NCBI GenBank assembly: GCA_050873805.1
Contig: JBNMJN010000009.1
Coordinates: 1,871 to 65,870, forward strand
DNA length: 64,000 bases
Source: Prevotellaceae bacterium
GTDB taxonomy: Bacteria; Bacteroidota; Bacteroidia; Bacteroidales; Bacteroidaceae
Direction of reading: 5' to 3'
Part shown: positions 1 to 8,518 of the stretch, in pieces
Layout of the letters: each line of letters opens with the position of its first letter
Position numbering within the stretch: the stretch's first letter is position 1
Notes under the pieces: model-generated
What the model saw: the letters and a program-made list of their open reading frames with translations, nothing else
Told to the model about the DNA's origin: nothing
Databases searched by the model: none
Translations under genes and position numbers: made by a program

Positions 1-1108
1 CATCGTCCCACTCAAAGCGCAGCCCCTTGACAGGGAAGCCGTGCTTCACCATGCGTGGGATAAGCTGGTTGTTCACGATGTCGCGCAACATGGTGCAATC
101 GCTCTCCACCAAGTTCTCGAACACCTCCAGGTGCGTCTCCGACTGCGAGAGGCTGCTTCCGTCCTCAATGGTCATGGTCTGCCCGATGATGAGCTTTGAG
201 AGTTCCGAGTTCGCGCGGTCGATGCGCTTGTCATAGACATTGAAGGCATCGCCCTTGCCATTCTCCACGAACTCAATCTCCGTGTCCTGCCCGGCAACCA
301 TGTACTGGCTTGCGCCAGCCCCCTTCAGCATCTGTTCCAGCCGTCCCATCTCTTTGGGGTCGCGTGAAGTCGTGCGAGCGATACGCATTGGCATACCGAA
401 AATCTCGCCGAAGGTGTCCCAGAACGCCAGCATGTTCTTCTTGGGAATAGTCTGCGTGGCAGCCTTCAGATACAGACCGAGGTCGTCAGGCCGCCCGGCT
501 TCAATGAGCCAGTCGGAGAACGGAGCCGAGCGGTAGTCGATGCCCGAAGTCCAGTCCTGCCCAATCTGCTGCACAACACGCCCGTATTCCGGAATGACAT
601 GCTTGCGTGGAATGAGCGTCACCATATTGTAGCACACGCAGCCATCGCCGTCCGTGGTGAGGTCGCCAAGCTCGATGAGCGAGTGCCCCCAGTTGTTGGC
701 GGCCAGCGCATATTCGAGCAACTGCTTGAACCACGACTGGTCGAAATAGTGGTGCGCCTCCTCGTTCTCGTTGCCCTGTGCGTCCACCAACTTGAACGAC
801 TTCGCCATGACGAAGCCCACACGCTGGCGCACGCAACCCGAGAGGTGCAGGTCAATCTCCACATCGCGGTAAATATCATAAAGCCGCTTGCGGTCTGGGT
901 TGTCCACGTTGATGGCCATCTGCCAAGCCTGTCGCCAGTCGGCGATGTCCTTGCGCGTGAGTGCGTCGGTGGTGCGCTGCAGTTCGATGACCATCTTCTT
1001 CACACGCTTGCGGTCGGATGACTTGGCAAGGTTGAAGTTTCCGTATGGTGTGCGCAGCACATTCTGCCCACCACCGAACATACCGCTGAAAAAGTTCTTT
1101 ATATCCAT
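1..1108 (-). CDS. Phage portal protein, Mu gp29/DUF935-like (partial; continues past the window start)
   Basis: My own reverse translation from ATG 1108..1106 is open to position 1 (MDIKNFFSGMFGGGQNVLRTPYGNFNLAKSSDRKRVKKMVIELQRTTDALTRKDIADWRQAWQ...). It is missing from the ORF track because it runs off the edge. It lies downstream of the terminase genes. Family assignment is from recalled sequence character only. Confidence 0.6.
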   Translation of the reverse strand, partial: MDIKNFFSGMFGGGQNVLRTPYGNFNLAKSSDRKRVKKMVIELQRTTDALTRKDIADWRQAWQMAINVDNPDRKRLYDIYRDVEIDLHLSGCVRQRVGFVMAKSFKLVDAQGNENEEAHHYFDQSWFKQLLEYALAANNWGHSLIELGDLTTDGDGCVCYNMVTLIPRKHVIPEYGRVVQQIGQDWTSGIDYRSAPFSDWLIEAGRPDDLGLYLKAATQTIPKKNMLAFWDTFGEIFGMPMRIARTTSRDPKEMGRLEQMLKGAGASQYMVAGQDTEIEFVENGKGDAFNVYDKRIDRANSELSKLIIGQTMTIEDGSSLSQSETHLEVFENLVESDCTMLRDIVNNQLIPRMVKHGFPVKGLRFEWDD

Positions 1109-1110
1109 AG

Positions 1111-1530
1111 TTACCAATTGTGCCTTAATTGTTGTTGTGAACCGAATATGAGTAGGTCGCCAGTCGGTGTGCCGTCCTTGTCGGTGGCGAGCGGCAAGTC
1201 CGGGATAATCTTCCCGGCCTGCACACCCTCCAGCCATTTGACCGCACGCTCGTAGCGTTCCTTGCGTATCTCGCTGCCCATCTTCTGGGGCATGGCCGAG
1301 GTCATGTGGTAGAGCGCGATGTCGGCAGCATACATCACCACCAGGCGGTTGCGCTCTTCACCCTCAGCCGAGAACACCGCCTCCGTGTCGTATTTGGGTC
1401 GGAGGTATCCGGCAATCTCCTCACACGCCTCCAACTCCGCATTGTCGCGTATCTCTTGCGAGGCTTGCGACACCACCTTCAGTGCATTCTCGCCGATGAC
1501 CACCCTGTAATCTTCTTCCGTGATAAACAT
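1111..1530 (-). CDS. Head-tail connector-type protein, DUF1320 / Mu gp36-like
   Basis: 139-aa ORF (MFITEEDYRVVIGENALKVV...AGYLRPKYD...DIALYHM...YERAVKWLEGVQAGKI) with a DUF1320-like pattern, sitting between terminase and portal. Confidence 0.55.
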   Translation of the reverse strand: MFITEEDYRVVIGENALKVVSQASQEIRDNAELEACEEIAGYLRPKYDTEAVFSAEGEERNRLVVMYAADIALYHMTSAMPQKMGSEIRKERYERAVKWLEGVQAGKIIPDLPLATDKDGTPTGDLLIFGSQQQLRHNW

Positions 1531-1545
1531 GACGCGCCCCCTTTC

Positions 1546-1776
1546 TTAATGCGTTACATAAATGGCGCGACGCTCAATGTCCGCCACCTTCACACCCTTG
1601 CGGAAGCGATGCTTTGCCACCAGTTCACGGATGGTGCGTTTCGGCACGACCTTCAGCGAGCCGTTCATGTAAATCACATAATATTTCATGCCAAGCAGCT
1701 CTGAGAGCTTGTTGGCCTTCTTGATGGCACGCTTGCACTGCCATCCCCAGATAATGTCCTTTATAACTTGAATCAT
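1546..1776 (-). CDS. Small phage hypothetical protein (~76 aa)
   Basis: In-frame ATG at 1776 lies 3 nt after the terminase stop (MIQVIKDIIWGW...). The longer track ORF (to 1860) would overlap terminase. Confidence 0.35.
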   Translation of the reverse strand: MIQVIKDIIWGWQCKRAIKKANKLSELLGMKYYVIYMNGSLKVVPKRTIRELVAKHRFRKGVKVADIERRAIYVTH

Positions 1777-1778
1777 AG

Positions 1779-3338
1779 TTACCAAATGTTTTTGGCGGTC
1801 GGCCTCTTGCCGAACACCGGTTTGAAACTTTCCTGTCTTGTGTTGCGCTGCAGGATCCATATCGCACCCTCGTCAGCGTCAGGCGCATCGTCATGCACAC
1901 GGCTTCCACGCTCCAGTGCCAGCGTCTGTTCGATGCCCACCTGCATGTCGGGGTCGTCTTTCTTGCGCTCGTTGTAGAAAACAAAGCCACGCTCCCAAAG
2001 CGGACTGACCGCCTCGATGCGCTGAATTTTGTCCGGCTTCTTGCGCTTGTCGGGCATGATGGGCAACTGGTACCCGCGCAGGTTTCCCTCCACGGCGAAC
2101 TCGTCCAGGATCACGTCCTGCATGAAGTTCGCCTCCATGAAGAACTGCACGGCTACCGTGTCGCGTGTGCGCTCGTAGAGGTCGTAAAGCCACCGCACCA
2201 TCTCGCTGACTGTAGCCTGGCGCACGAAGGCATCGATGAGATGCAGTTCCGAGCCAATCTTTCCCCACAGGCGACACGCCTTGTAGTCGTTGGAAGTGGT
2301 CGATTTGAACGACGGGTCGGTGTAACATACCAGCATGTCGTACTTTTCGAGCTTGGGCAGACGCTTGTAGCGAATCCACTCCGCACGGAAGATGGTGCCG
2401 TCCACGATAGGGTTGTGCATCATCTCCTTCTCCCAGGCGCGGTAGCCCACGAAGTCGCGGTAAGCCTGCGCCTCCTCCTTCGTCCACTTCTCCTTCCACA
2501 CAGGCTCGCCGTTTCGGTCCACCGCCTGTATCTTGGAGAGGAACACGCCCTTTGTGCGCGAGATGTTGTAGAGCACCGAGTTCTTGCTGATGAGGTTGCC
2601 CACCATGATGAAACGGCCACGACCCACATCAAGCGCACCGAAGAGCGCCTCCTTCACCCAGTCCGTGAGGTCATGCACCAGTTTCTCGTTGCGGCACAGC
2701 TGGTCGTCGTCCAAGTCGTCGATGACGATGTAGTCCGGACGAGCCTCACGGTCGCGCAGACCACGTGGCGACTGACCGCGACCGCAGGCAAGGAACTTCA
2801 CACCGCTCTTGGTCTTGAACTCGCCCTCCTGCCAGCCACCGTCATTCTTCTGTTGCCCGAAGTCAGCGATGAGCCGTTGGTTGTATTCCAACTCCGCCTG
2901 AATGTCGCCGAGCAGTCGGTCGGCATTGTCCTCTGACTTGCCCACGACCACCATAAAGTTGATGAGCCGCTTCGGTTGGAACATCAACCAGAGCGGCGTG
3001 AAAACATCAAGGTGCGTCGATTTGGCATGACCGCGCGGCCACATGAACACCGCCTTCAGGTCGGGCGTGTTTCGCACCTTGCGTGCCGCCTCGTTGTGGA
3101 ACGGCGCATTGTGAATGGTGCGTATGACCTCGCCGGTCGTCTTGTCGCGCAACTGGAGGAAGTGGGGGAAGTAATACTCGCAGAACGCCGCATAATTACC
3201 CAGCAACCGTTTGATGCGCATATCCCTCTCCACGGGCGTTTCGCTTTTGAGAAGCGACGTGTCCGTGATGGACTGCACCTGCCGGCACCGCTCTTTCCAT
3301 TCCTCGTATGCCTTTTTCTTTTCCGCTGCTGTTGCCAT
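1779..3338 (-). CDS. Terminase large subunit
   Basis: 519 aa. ATPase region (MWPRGHAKST; IVIDDLDD) followed by a nuclease-like C-terminal half (DPSFKST...; HDDAPDA). Sits directly downstream of an HTH small-subunit-like gene. Confidence 0.85.
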   Translation of the reverse strand: MATAAEKKKAYEEWKERCRQVQSITDTSLLKSETPVERDMRIKRLLGNYAAFCEYYFPHFLQLRDKTTGEVIRTIHNAPFHNEAARKVRNTPDLKAVFMWPRGHAKSTHLDVFTPLWLMFQPKRLINFMVVVGKSEDNADRLLGDIQAELEYNQRLIADFGQQKNDGGWQEGEFKTKSGVKFLACGRGQSPRGLRDREARPDYIVIDDLDDDQLCRNEKLVHDLTDWVKEALFGALDVGRGRFIMVGNLISKNSVLYNISRTKGVFLSKIQAVDRNGEPVWKEKWTKEEAQAYRDFVGYRAWEKEMMHNPIVDGTIFRAEWIRYKRLPKLEKYDMLVCYTDPSFKSTTSNDYKACRLWGKIGSELHLIDAFVRQATVSEMVRWLYDLYERTRDTVAVQFFMEANFMQDVILDEFAVEGNLRGYQLPIMPDKRKKPDKIQRIEAVSPLWERGFVFYNERKKDDPDMQVGIEQTLALERGSRVHDDAPDADEGAIWILQRNTRQESFKPVFGKRPTAKNIW

Positions 3339-3351
3339 AGGCTGCCCTCCG

Positions 3352-3816
3352 TTACTTTATGCCCATCTGTTCGGTGATGTACAAGTCCTGGTACTTGTTG
3401 ATGACACGCATCAGTTCGGGAGTAACTTCCGGGTCGGTCTGCGAGCGGAACTCCAGCCATCTGGAGAAAGCCATGAACACCTCGATGGCATCCACCACGT
3501 TGGCCTTCTTGTCGAGTTTCTCTATGACCGACGAGAGCTTTGCCAGCTTGTCGCCCAGCCCTGCGATGAGTGCGGGGTCGTTGGAGTCATTCACCTGTGT
3601 AATGAGCGTGTCGATGGTGAGCAGCAGTTTGTTCACCAGTTCGGGACGGGTGATGTTCTTGGCGGCACGCGCCTCCTTCCACCCGTCGGCTGTGCACCAC
3701 TTGGATATGGTGACGCGCGACACGTCCACCTTTTCCGCAATCTCCTGCTGCTCCATGCCAGAGAGATAGAGCGTGCGTGCCAGCGACTTCTTCTTTTCAA
3801 TATCTGCCTTTGTCAT
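3352..3816 (-). CDS. Terminase small subunit-like HTH DNA-binding protein
   Basis: 154 aa with an N-terminal HTH (LYLSGMEQQEIAEKVDVSRVTISKW), immediately upstream of the large terminase. Confidence 0.6.
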   Translation of the reverse strand: MTKADIEKKKSLARTLYLSGMEQQEIAEKVDVSRVTISKWCTADGWKEARAAKNITRPELVNKLLLTIDTLITQVNDSNDPALIAGLGDKLAKLSSVIEKLDKKANVVDAIEVFMAFSRWLEFRSQTDPEVTPELMRVINKYQDLYITEQMGIK

Positions 3817-3900
3817 GTTGATAAGGTTTTTTGTTCGTTATGTCAGGGAACACCACGCCCCGATTTATTTGCAAAAGTGCCACGATTTCGGTGGCTCTCC

Positions 3901-3952
3901 AAAAAAGTGTGCAATGCTTTCATAGAAGTGTGCAACCATTGCACACTTTTTT
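3901..3952. promoter_or_regulatory. Operator-like repeat set in the divergent intergenic region (AAGTGTGCAA x3)
   Basis: AAGTGTGCAA occurs at 3905-3914 and 3926-3935 (direct) and inverted as TTGCACACTT at 3939-3948. Copies 2 and 3 form a perfect 10-bp inverted repeat with a 3-nt spacer. 3901-3916 is a perfect 16-nt reverse complement of 3937-3952. Confidence 0.5.
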
Positions 3953-4023
3953 GGCGGACAGACATTTACCTCGTAATATTGCAGTCGCAAACCGGGCGGT
4001 GCAGCCCCAAAAACAGCAACGAC

Positions 4024-4962
4024 ATGAGTAAAGGAAAACGAGTAAGAATAACCAACGACAGCCTGAACAGCTACGGCACAAGAGTGCTGACGGCAGGCAT
4101 GAACGTGGAGCAGTACCAGCGCAACCCGGTGCTGCTGTACATGCACGAGCGCGGCAACGTGATAGGCTATGTGAAAGACCTGAAGGTGGAGGACGGCGAG
4201 GTGACCGGCGAGCTGATGTTTGACGAAGCCTCCGAACTCTCCGTGCGCTGCAAGAAGCAGTACGAGTTCGGCAGTCTGAAGATGGTGAGCGCAGGTCTTG
4301 ACATTCTGGAGACAAGCGAGGACCCGGAACTGCTTGTGCAGGGGCAGACCAGCCCCACCGTCACCAAGAGCAAACTGTTTGAGGTCAGCCTGGTGGACAT
4401 CGGAGCCAATGACGATGCCATCGTGCTGCAGAAGGACGGCAAGAAGATAACCCTCGGCAAGGATAGCGAATGTCCCTTGCCAATGTTGAACAACAATAAT
4501 CAAAAACAAATGGAACAGAAACAGATTGCCCTACAGTTGGGCTTGCCGGAAACGGCAACTGAGGCGGACATCAACGCCAAGCTCGGTGAGTTGAAGGCTG
4601 CCAAGGAAGAGAACGAGAAACTCCAGCAGGAGAAGGCGACCATCACGCTTGCCAGCATCACCGCCATCGTGGAGAAGGCGGTAGGGGAGAAGCGCATCGC
4701 CCCCGACAAGAAGGACGAGTTCATCAACCTCGGCAAGGAAGTCGGCAAGGAGAAACTGGAGCGCATTGTCGCAGCCATGGCTCCACAGATGAAGCTCAGT
4801 GCCGTTATCGGACATCAGGGCGGAGCGGCAACACAACAGCCGACTGCCTACAAGAAACTGAGCGATGTGCCGTCAAGCGAACTCTTGACCCTCCGCAAGG
4901 AGCAGCCCGAAGAGTACAAGCGACTCTACAAGGAAGAGTACGGCATGGAGTGTGAACTTTAG
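4024..4962 (+). CDS. Prohead serine protease (HK97/S78 family) fused to a coiled-coil scaffold domain
   Basis: ATG at 4024 (MSKGKRVRITNDSLNSYGTRV...). Protease-like motifs LLYMHERG, MVSAGLD, LFEVSLVDIGANDDA. The C-terminal half is E/K-rich and helical. Sits immediately upstream of the capsid gene. The upstream 270 aa of the track ORF are antisense to the small terminase. Confidence 0.75.
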   Translation: MSKGKRVRITNDSLNSYGTRVLTAGMNVEQYQRNPVLLYMHERGNVIGYVKDLKVEDGEVTGELMFDEASELSVRCKKQYEFGSLKMVSAGLDILETSEDPELLVQGQTSPTVTKSKLFEVSLVDIGANDDAIVLQKDGKKITLGKDSECPLPMLNNNNQKQMEQKQIALQLGLPETATEADINAKLGELKAAKEENEKLQQEKATITLASITAIVEKAVGEKRIAPDKKDEFINLGKEVGKEKLERIVAAMAPQMKLSAVIGHQGGAATQQPTAYKKLSDVPSSELLTLRKEQPEEYKRLYKEEYGMECEL

Positions 4963-4987
4963 TACAAACCAACAAAACAAAAAAAGA

Positions 4988-6055
4988 ATGAAAGCAAAAG
5001 TATTTTTGACCATGATTACGGCTGTGCTGTTCAATGCGATGACAGGAGCCGTATTCGGTATGGCATTGGGCGTGTCGCCCGTGGCAGGTGCCGTCGGTGC
5101 CAATGCCGTCGCACTTGCCGTGAGCGGTGCAATGCCTGTGGGAGTGGCACGCGAGGGCGTGTTGAAAGAGATTTGGACTGGCGAGTTGGTGAAGGCACTC
5201 CGCGAGTTCCTCGCCGGCACTTGGCTTGACGGCATCCCCGACAGTTCAAGCATCGTCGATAACGATGTTATCCACTTGGTGGAGGTCGGTGTGGACCCTG
5301 ACGTACTCGTCAACAACACCACCTATCCAATCCCCTTGCAGGCACTTGATGACAAGGACATCGCCATCCAGCTTGACAAGTTCCAGACAAAGGTAACACC
5401 AATCACTGACGATGAGTTGTACGCTATCAGCTACGACAAGATTGCCCGAGTGAAGGAGAGTCATTCAAACGCCATCAACGATGCCAAGTTCGCCAAGGCA
5501 GCACATGCGCTCTGCGCTCAGAAGAACACCGTCAAGACCCCGGTGTTGACCACTACCGGCGAGCGTGACGCGACCACCGGCCGTATCAAGATGACCGTAA
5601 AGGATTTGCTTGCTATGAAGGCAGCCCTCGACAAGTTGGGTGTTCCGACTACGAACCGTCGCCTTGTGCTGTGTACCGACCATGTGAACGACCTCTTGGA
5701 AACCGACCAGCGTTTCAAGGAGCAGTACAACATCGACCGCAACACCGGCAAGGTGGGCAAACTCTACGGTTTTGACATCTATGAGTTCGCCAACACCCCA
5801 TACTTCTCAGCCAAGGGCGAGAAGAAGGCAGCTGGTGACAAAGGTGAGACCGCAGGTGACTTCCACTGCTCGTTCGCATTCTACACCCAGCGCGTGTTCA
5901 AGGCTACAGGCTCCACCAAGATGTACTGGAGCGCTGCCGAGAACGACCCCGAGTACCAGCGCAACAAGGTGAACTTCCGCCACTACTTCATCTGCATGTT
6001 CAAGAAGGCAGACGCAGGTGTCGTGATGACCAGCGGATATAAGGCTGAAGCGTGA
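4988..6055 (+). CDS. Major capsid protein (HK97-fold type)
   Basis: Follows the protease-scaffold gene. ~355 aa from ATG 4988; the track start at 4952 is GTG. Sequence character is typical of Bacteroidota siphophage capsids. Confidence 0.75.
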   Translation: MKAKVFLTMITAVLFNAMTGAVFGMALGVSPVAGAVGANAVALAVSGAMPVGVAREGVLKEIWTGELVKALREFLAGTWLDGIPDSSSIVDNDVIHLVEVGVDPDVLVNNTTYPIPLQALDDKDIAIQLDKFQTKVTPITDDELYAISYDKIARVKESHSNAINDAKFAKAAHALCAQKNTVKTPVLTTTGERDATTGRIKMTVKDLLAMKAALDKLGVPTTNRRLVLCTDHVNDLLETDQRFKEQYNIDRNTGKVGKLYGFDIYEFANTPYFSAKGEKKAAGDKGETAGDFHCSFAFYTQRVFKATGSTKMYWSAAENDPEYQRNKVNFRHYFICMFKKADAGVVMTSGYKAEA

Positions 6056-6525
6056 TGGCGAGAATGAAGTATTTGGTCCTGCACTGCACAGCCACGCCGG
6101 AAGGCCGTGAGGTGACCTCCTCGGAGATACGCCACTGGCACACCGACCCGGTAAGCAAGGGTGGGCGTGGCTGGAGGCAGGTAGGCTATACCGACCTGAT
6201 ACACTTGGACGGCAAGGTGGAACGCCTTGTCGACAACAACGAGGACGCGGAAGTGGACCCATGGGAAGTGACCAACGGCGCGAAAGGCTACAACAGTGTG
6301 AGCCGTCACATCGTGTATGCCGGAGGCTTGGCCAAGGACGGCAAGACCACCAAGGACACACGCACGGCAGCACAGATGAAGACAATGACCGACTATGTGC
6401 GCAACTTCCACGAAAGGTTTCCGCAAATCAAGATAGTGGGACACCGTGACCTTCCGGGCGTGAACAAAGCCTGTCCGAGTTTCGATGTGGCGGGGTGGCT
6501 CAAGTCAATAGGTATATACCAATAA
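6055..6525 (+). CDS. N-acetylmuramoyl-L-alanine amidase (Amidase_2/PGRP-type endolysin)
   Basis: YLVLHCTATPEG...WRQVGY...IVGHRDLPGVNKACPSFDV matches the T7-lysozyme-like amidase pattern. The ATG overlaps the capsid TGA by 1 nt. Confidence 0.85.
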   Translation: MARMKYLVLHCTATPEGREVTSSEIRHWHTDPVSKGGRGWRQVGYTDLIHLDGKVERLVDNNEDAEVDPWEVTNGAKGYNSVSRHIVYAGGLAKDGKTTKDTRTAAQMKTMTDYVRNFHERFPQIKIVGHRDLPGVNKACPSFDVAGWLKSIGIYQ

Positions 6526-6535
6526 CAACAAAAAC

Positions 6536-7021
6536 ATGGATGGCATGAATATCAGCGAAGTCCTGAACGTCCTCCTCGGCGGAGGCTTGGTGGCAACCAT
6601 CGTGGCGATATGCACGCTGCGGGCTACCATAAGGAAAGCGAAAGCGGAATCGATGAAGGCGGAAGCCGATGCCGAGACGGTGCGTATGGACAACGCCGAG
6701 CATGCCACCCGTATCTTGGTAGAGAACATTGTAAAACCATTAAAGGAAGAACTGGGTGAAACAAGAAGATACCTCGAAGCGTCAAAGCGCGAGATGGCGC
6801 GTCTCCGAAAGGCTATCGACACTGCGAACAGTTGCAAGCATCATGATGACTGCCCTGTTCTTGTCGGGCTGCGCGACAAGCCGAAAGGCGAGCGAGGCCA
6901 CGGAGGAAAGCGTGAGACAAGCATCCGCGGACAGCCTCCGGAGCGAGGTGCGACGGACGTGGACGGAGACAGTACCGCAGGAGGAGGCCAAACTGGAGAT
7001 ACCCCTGGCGGAACTGGCTGA
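6536..7021 (+). CDS. N-terminal single-TMD, coiled-coil protein (holin or i-spanin-like)
   Basis: TMD VLNVLLGGGLVATIVAICTL followed by a charged helical region. Sits directly after the endolysin. The low-complexity C-terminal tail overlaps the next gene and may not all be coding. Confidence 0.45.
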   Translation: MDGMNISEVLNVLLGGGLVATIVAICTLRATIRKAKAESMKAEADAETVRMDNAEHATRILVENIVKPLKEELGETRRYLEASKREMARLRKAIDTANSCKHHDDCPVLVGLRDKPKGERGHGGKRETSIRGQPPERGATDVDGDSTAGGGQTGDTPGGTG

Positions 7022-7337
7022 CCTGCCCGAAAAGGCAGAGTACCGCGCCAAGAACGGCAGGGCCAGCGCGACCGTGCAGAACAAAGGCGGCACCATCGTG
7101 GTGTATGCCACCTGCGACAGCCTGCAGCGTCAGTGCGAATACTATGAGCGCCAGATGGCAAGCTACAAGAATGCGCTGGAACAGCAGAAGAATGAAGCCA
7201 AGACGGAAAAGGAACGCAGTTCCAATCCGTGGAAGACGCTTCTCATCGCCTTTATCGTCGGAGTGGCGACCGGCATAGTATTAACCATCACAACAAAAAG
7301 AATATGGCAGAAAGTAAGAAATTCATGTACGGCATAG
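6843..7337 (+). CDS. Lipoprotein with C-terminal TMD (spanin-like)
   Basis: ATG 6843 gives MMTALFLSGC with lipobox LSGC. C-terminal TMD is WKTLLIAFIVGVATGIVLTITT. The gene starts inside the preceding ORF in a different frame. Confidence 0.5.
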   Translation: MMTALFLSGCATSRKASEATEESVRQASADSLRSEVRRTWTETVPQEEAKLEIPLAELADLPEKAEYRAKNGRASATVQNKGGTIVVYATCDSLQRQCEYYERQMASYKNALEQQKNEAKTEKERSSNPWKTLLIAFIVGVATGIVLTITTKRIWQKVRNSCTA

Positions 7338-7798
7338 GTGTCGTAAAGTTTGGAGACAAGACAGTCGGCTATATAGAGAAAGGCAGCTGGGACTGGGGCG
7401 GAGCCAAGCCCGAGAAAGTCGATGTGGAAGCCGAGCAGGTGCCCGGTGCCCCCGTGCTGACCCTCGTCACGAAGAACGGCACGATAGCCCCCACGTTCAA
7501 CCTCATACAGTTGGACTACGAGAACCTCCAGCTCGCCCTTGGCGGTACGCTTGTCGGCACACAAGGAGCCTATACCGGTTGGAAAGCTCCGACCGACCTT
7601 GTGGAGCTCCGAGACAAGTGTGAGATTCAGCTGAAGAGCGGCCAGACAGTGACGATACCGAGTGCCACCCTTATGGCCAACCTCGGAGGCAAGCTCACCT
7701 TGACCGAAGTCTCCAAGATAGAGTGCCAGTTGACGGTGAACGCGCCTGATGACGGCAGTGCCCCCTATGATGTGGCCGATACCAAACCAGGGGAGTAG
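7304..7798 (+). CDS. Major tail (tube) protein candidate
   Basis: 164 aa from ATG 7304 (MAESKKFMYGIGVVKFGDKTVGYIEKG...). Occupies the canonical position just upstream of the chaperone pair and tape measure. Confidence 0.5.
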   Translation: MAESKKFMYGIGVVKFGDKTVGYIEKGSWDWGGAKPEKVDVEAEQVPGAPVLTLVTKNGTIAPTFNLIQLDYENLQLALGGTLVGTQGAYTGWKAPTDLVELRDKCEIQLKSGQTVTIPSATLMANLGGKLTLTEVSKIECQLTVNAPDDGSAPYDVADTKPGE

Positions 7799-7801
7799 CG
7801 T

Positions 7802-8281
7802 ATGAACCGAGCAATCGAAAAAGAAGCAGCGGAGGCACTCCTTGACAGGGGTGTCTCCGTGCCGTTTAAGGACATACGGCTGCCGTTTCGCAAGAAACCG
7901 CTGAAGGTGCGCATCACCATGAAGCGCCCCACATTGGCAGGTCAGATAGAAATCGGCCGGCAGTACTTGGAGATGGACACGACGGCGGAGGAGGTGCGGA
8001 CACTGCCCAGACTGGAACAGATGCGTTTCATGGCCAGACACGGCAAGCGCCTGTCGCGCATCATCGCCTACACCGTGTGCAGGGGATATATATCCCGCCA
8101 TCTGCTTGTGGGGCTGACCGCGTGGCTCGTGCGCAACTTCGTGGCGTACCGGTACCAGGTGGCAGCCACCGAGCAATTCGAGCGGCTGATGGGTACAGAC
8201 CCTTTTATGAGTATTATCAGATCCGCGGAACGGACGAACCCGATGAAGCTGAGACTGAGCCAAGGAAAGAAGGGGAGTTAA
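7802..8281 (+). CDS. Tail assembly chaperone (lambda G-like position)
   Basis: 159 aa between the tube candidate and the tape measure. Overlapped at its 3' end by a start-less ORF in the -1 frame. Confidence 0.5.
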   Translation: MNRAIEKEAAEALLDRGVSVPFKDIRLPFRKKPLKVRITMKRPTLAGQIEIGRQYLEMDTTAEEVRTLPRLEQMRFMARHGKRLSRIIAYTVCRGYISRHLLVGLTAWLVRNFVAYRYQVAATEQFERLMGTDPFMSIIRSAERTNPMKLRLSQGKKGS

Positions 8282-8514
8282 GGACCGAGTATGAAGGTTC
8301 CCATAGCCCTTTCGGATTCGTGTGGCAGATAGCCAGCGCCACAGGCTGGAGCGTGGACTACATACTCCACGGCGTGAACTACCAGACCCTCATCATGATG
8401 CTGTGCGATGCCCCACGTTACATCAAGAAGAAAGCCGGCAAATCCGACAACGGTAAGACCGCCGAGGAGGAGGCCGAAGACATAGCAGGATTTTTTCAAA
8501 GTAAACTGAATTGA
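8077..8514 (+). CDS. -1 frame extension ORF (lambda T-like), probably expressed only as a frameshift fusion with 7802..8281
   Basis: It lies in the -1 frame relative to 7802..8281. The believable part (SPFGFVWQIASATGWSVDYILHGVNYQTLIMMLCDAPRYIKKK) has no Met upstream of MMLCD after the overlap. It ends 4 nt before the tape-measure ATG. Confidence 0.4.
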   Translation: MQGIYIPPSACGADRVARAQLRGVPVPGGSHRAIRAADGYRPFYEYYQIRGTDEPDEAETEPRKEGELRTEYEGSHSPFGFVWQIASATGWSVDYILHGVNYQTLIMMLCDAPRYIKKKAGKSDNGKTAEEEAEDIAGFFQSKLN

Positions 8515-8518
8515 AAAC

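Noticed and set aside
3211-4023. N-terminal 270 aa of the 583-aa plus-strand ORF 3211-4962.
   Set aside because: This part is antisense to the small-terminase gene and the intergenic region. The protease homology begins at ATG 4024.
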